DNA from: an uncultured delta proteobacterium
Lineage (GTDB): Bacteria > Myxococcota > Myxococcia > SLRQ01
Direction of reading: 5' to 3'
Length of the DNA stretch: 64,000 nt
Assembly: GCA_963727485.1 (NCBI GenBank)
Contig: CAVSGM010000011.1
Location: 480,001-544,000, forward strand
Both the position numbers and the translations under genes were made by a program. The notes under the pieces are model-generated. The model saw only the letters and a list, made by a program, of their open reading frames with translations. It was not told where the DNA came from and searched no databases. Of this stretch, positions 62,665-64,000 are shown piece by piece (the first letter of the stretch is position 1; the number at the start of each line of letters is the position of its first letter).

Positions 62665-64000
62665 ATGCGTCGCATCGTCACTCTCGCCTGGATACTGGCC
62701 GCCGCGCCCCTCGCCCTGGGGGGCTGCCACGTCGAGCCGAGCTACGGTGGCAAGCAGGTCACCTGCACCACCGACGCCGACTGCCACAGCCAGCTCGGCG
62801 CCGACTACGCCTGCCAGCCGGCGGGCTACTGCGCCAAGGTGGGCACCTCCGACGGCGGGGCCGGCGACGGCGGAGTGGGCGACGGGGGCGTGGGCGACGG
62901 CGGCACCGGCGACGGCGGCAGCCCCAGCTGCAGCCCCGCCTGCCAGAGCGGCGAGCAGTGCACCGACAGCGGCTGCGTCCCCGCCGCCGACCTGAAGGTC
63001 ACCGTCACCACCCCCGCCGACGGCGACGTGGTGGGCAACCTGGTGGAGGTCCACAGCCAGGTGACCGGGGCGGTGGGCACACCCACGGTGACCTGCGCCG
63101 CCGGCAGCGACACCCCGGTGGCCGCCACCGACCAGGGCGGCGACTGGGTGTGCAGCCTGAACCTCCACACCCTCGGCGAGGGGGCGCAGGTGACCCTCAC
63201 GGTGAGCGCCACCGACGCCGACAGCCGCTCGGCCACGGACACCGTCCAGGTGGTCCACGACAGCATGCCGCCCACCGTGACCATCACCGCGCCCACGAGC
63301 CCCGATGGCTTCTTCGTCCCGGCGCCCGGGGACCTCGTGGTGGCCGCGACGGCGAGCGACGCCACCCTCACCGATCTCCGCCTCACCTACGTCGACCCCA
63401 ACCAGCAGAGCCACCAGGTGAAGGACTGCCCGGCCTCGACGACCCAGGCCAGCTGCAGTGGCTCCATCTCCCTGCCCCTGGGGTCGGCGGCCGGGGACTA
63501 CACGTTCCAGGCGACGGCGACCGACGCGGCCGGGCACACCAAGCGGGCCATCCGCACCTTCAAGATCGACGGGACCCCGCCCACGGTGGCCATCGCGGCC
63601 CTGCCCACCCACGCCGTGCCCCGGAACCAGGACATCCCCATCACCGTCAACGCCACCGACGCCGAGACCTCGGTGGCCACGGTGACCCTCACCCTGGTGG
63701 GCGCCGCCGCCGGGGGCGCGGACCTCGATGTCCCCGGGGTGGCCTCGGGGAGCGCGGGTCAGACCACCTTCACCGTCACCAAGCGCAACGGCAGCGCCAC
63801 CCCGGTCCTCGACGCGGTTCAGAAGACCTGGTCGGTGCAGGTGGTGGCCACCGACGCCTGGGGCAACCAGGCCAAGACCGGTGGCAACCTCACCATCACC
63901 CGGGTGGCCTGGCAGGCCGACCTCAACGCCGGTGGCAGCACCGCCGGCTCGGCCCTCTCACCGGCGGTCGCTGCCGACGGCACCATCTACGTGGTGCGCC
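62665..64000 (+). CDS. lipoprotein with Cys-rich modules, DGG repeats and Ig-like domains; 3'-truncated
   Basis: MRRIVTLAWILAAAPLALGGC; open to the window end, so absent from the track; SATDADS/ATDAAG/DGTPPTV Ig motifs; ends SPAVAADGTIYV (propeller-like). Confidence 0.8.
   Translation, partial: MRRIVTLAWILAAAPLALGGCHVEPSYGGKQVTCTTDADCHSQLGADYACQPAGYCAKVGTSDGGAGDGGVGDGGVGDGGTGDGGSPSCSPACQSGEQCTDSGCVPAADLKVTVTTPADGDVVGNLVEVHSQVTGAVGTPTVTCAAGSDTPVAATDQGGDWVCSLNLHTLGEGAQVTLTVSATDADSRSATDTVQVVHDSMPPTVTITAPTSPDGFFVPAPGDLVVAATASDATLTDLRLTYVDPNQQSHQVKDCPASTTQASCSGSISLPLGSAAGDYTFQATATDAAGHTKRAIRTFKIDGTPPTVAIAALPTHAVPRNQDIPITVNATDAETSVATVTLTLVGAAAGGADLDVPGVASGSAGQTTFTVTKRNGSATPVLDAVQKTWSVQVVATDAWGNQAKTGGNLTITRVAWQADLNAGGSTAGSALSPAVAADGTIYVVR

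Overview
Very GC-rich chromosomal window from a bacterium that looks myxobacterial (Myxococcota-like): it has MYXO-CTERM-type tails, an AgmX/PglI-like protein, PEGA and Cys-rich lipoproteins, and ClpX/Hsp70 paralogues. Housekeeping genes include truA, clpX, rarA, nadK, recN, secA, argJ, rpsB-tsf-pyrH-frr, nadE, ftsE-ftsX-envC-ctpA, a cold-shock gene and tRNA-Leu(CAA). No mobile element, prophage or CRISPR array was seen. The most notable signals are: (1) a large surface protein with both signature segments of the BPI/LBP (TULIP) lipid-binding fold, next to a small beta-barrel; (2) a nine-gene sulfur-relay cluster (CymR-like Rrf2, CysK, MoeB/E1, TusA, ubiquitin-like carrier ending GG-R, CysM, JAMM protease, APS kinase with a histone-H1-like tail, LarE); (3) a nicotinamidase homologue lacking its catalytic triad, coupled to nadE; (4) a pseudo-receiver/degenerate GGDEF protein with an intact I-site heading the ftsEX run; (5) two microproteins missed by the ORF track behind an RHH gene; (6) an atypical Arr. 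About 12 apparent frameshifts occur and 9 sit in or beside GATC, suggesting methylation-linked sequencing errors rather than pseudogenes. All family calls come from motif recognition by eye; no searches were run.
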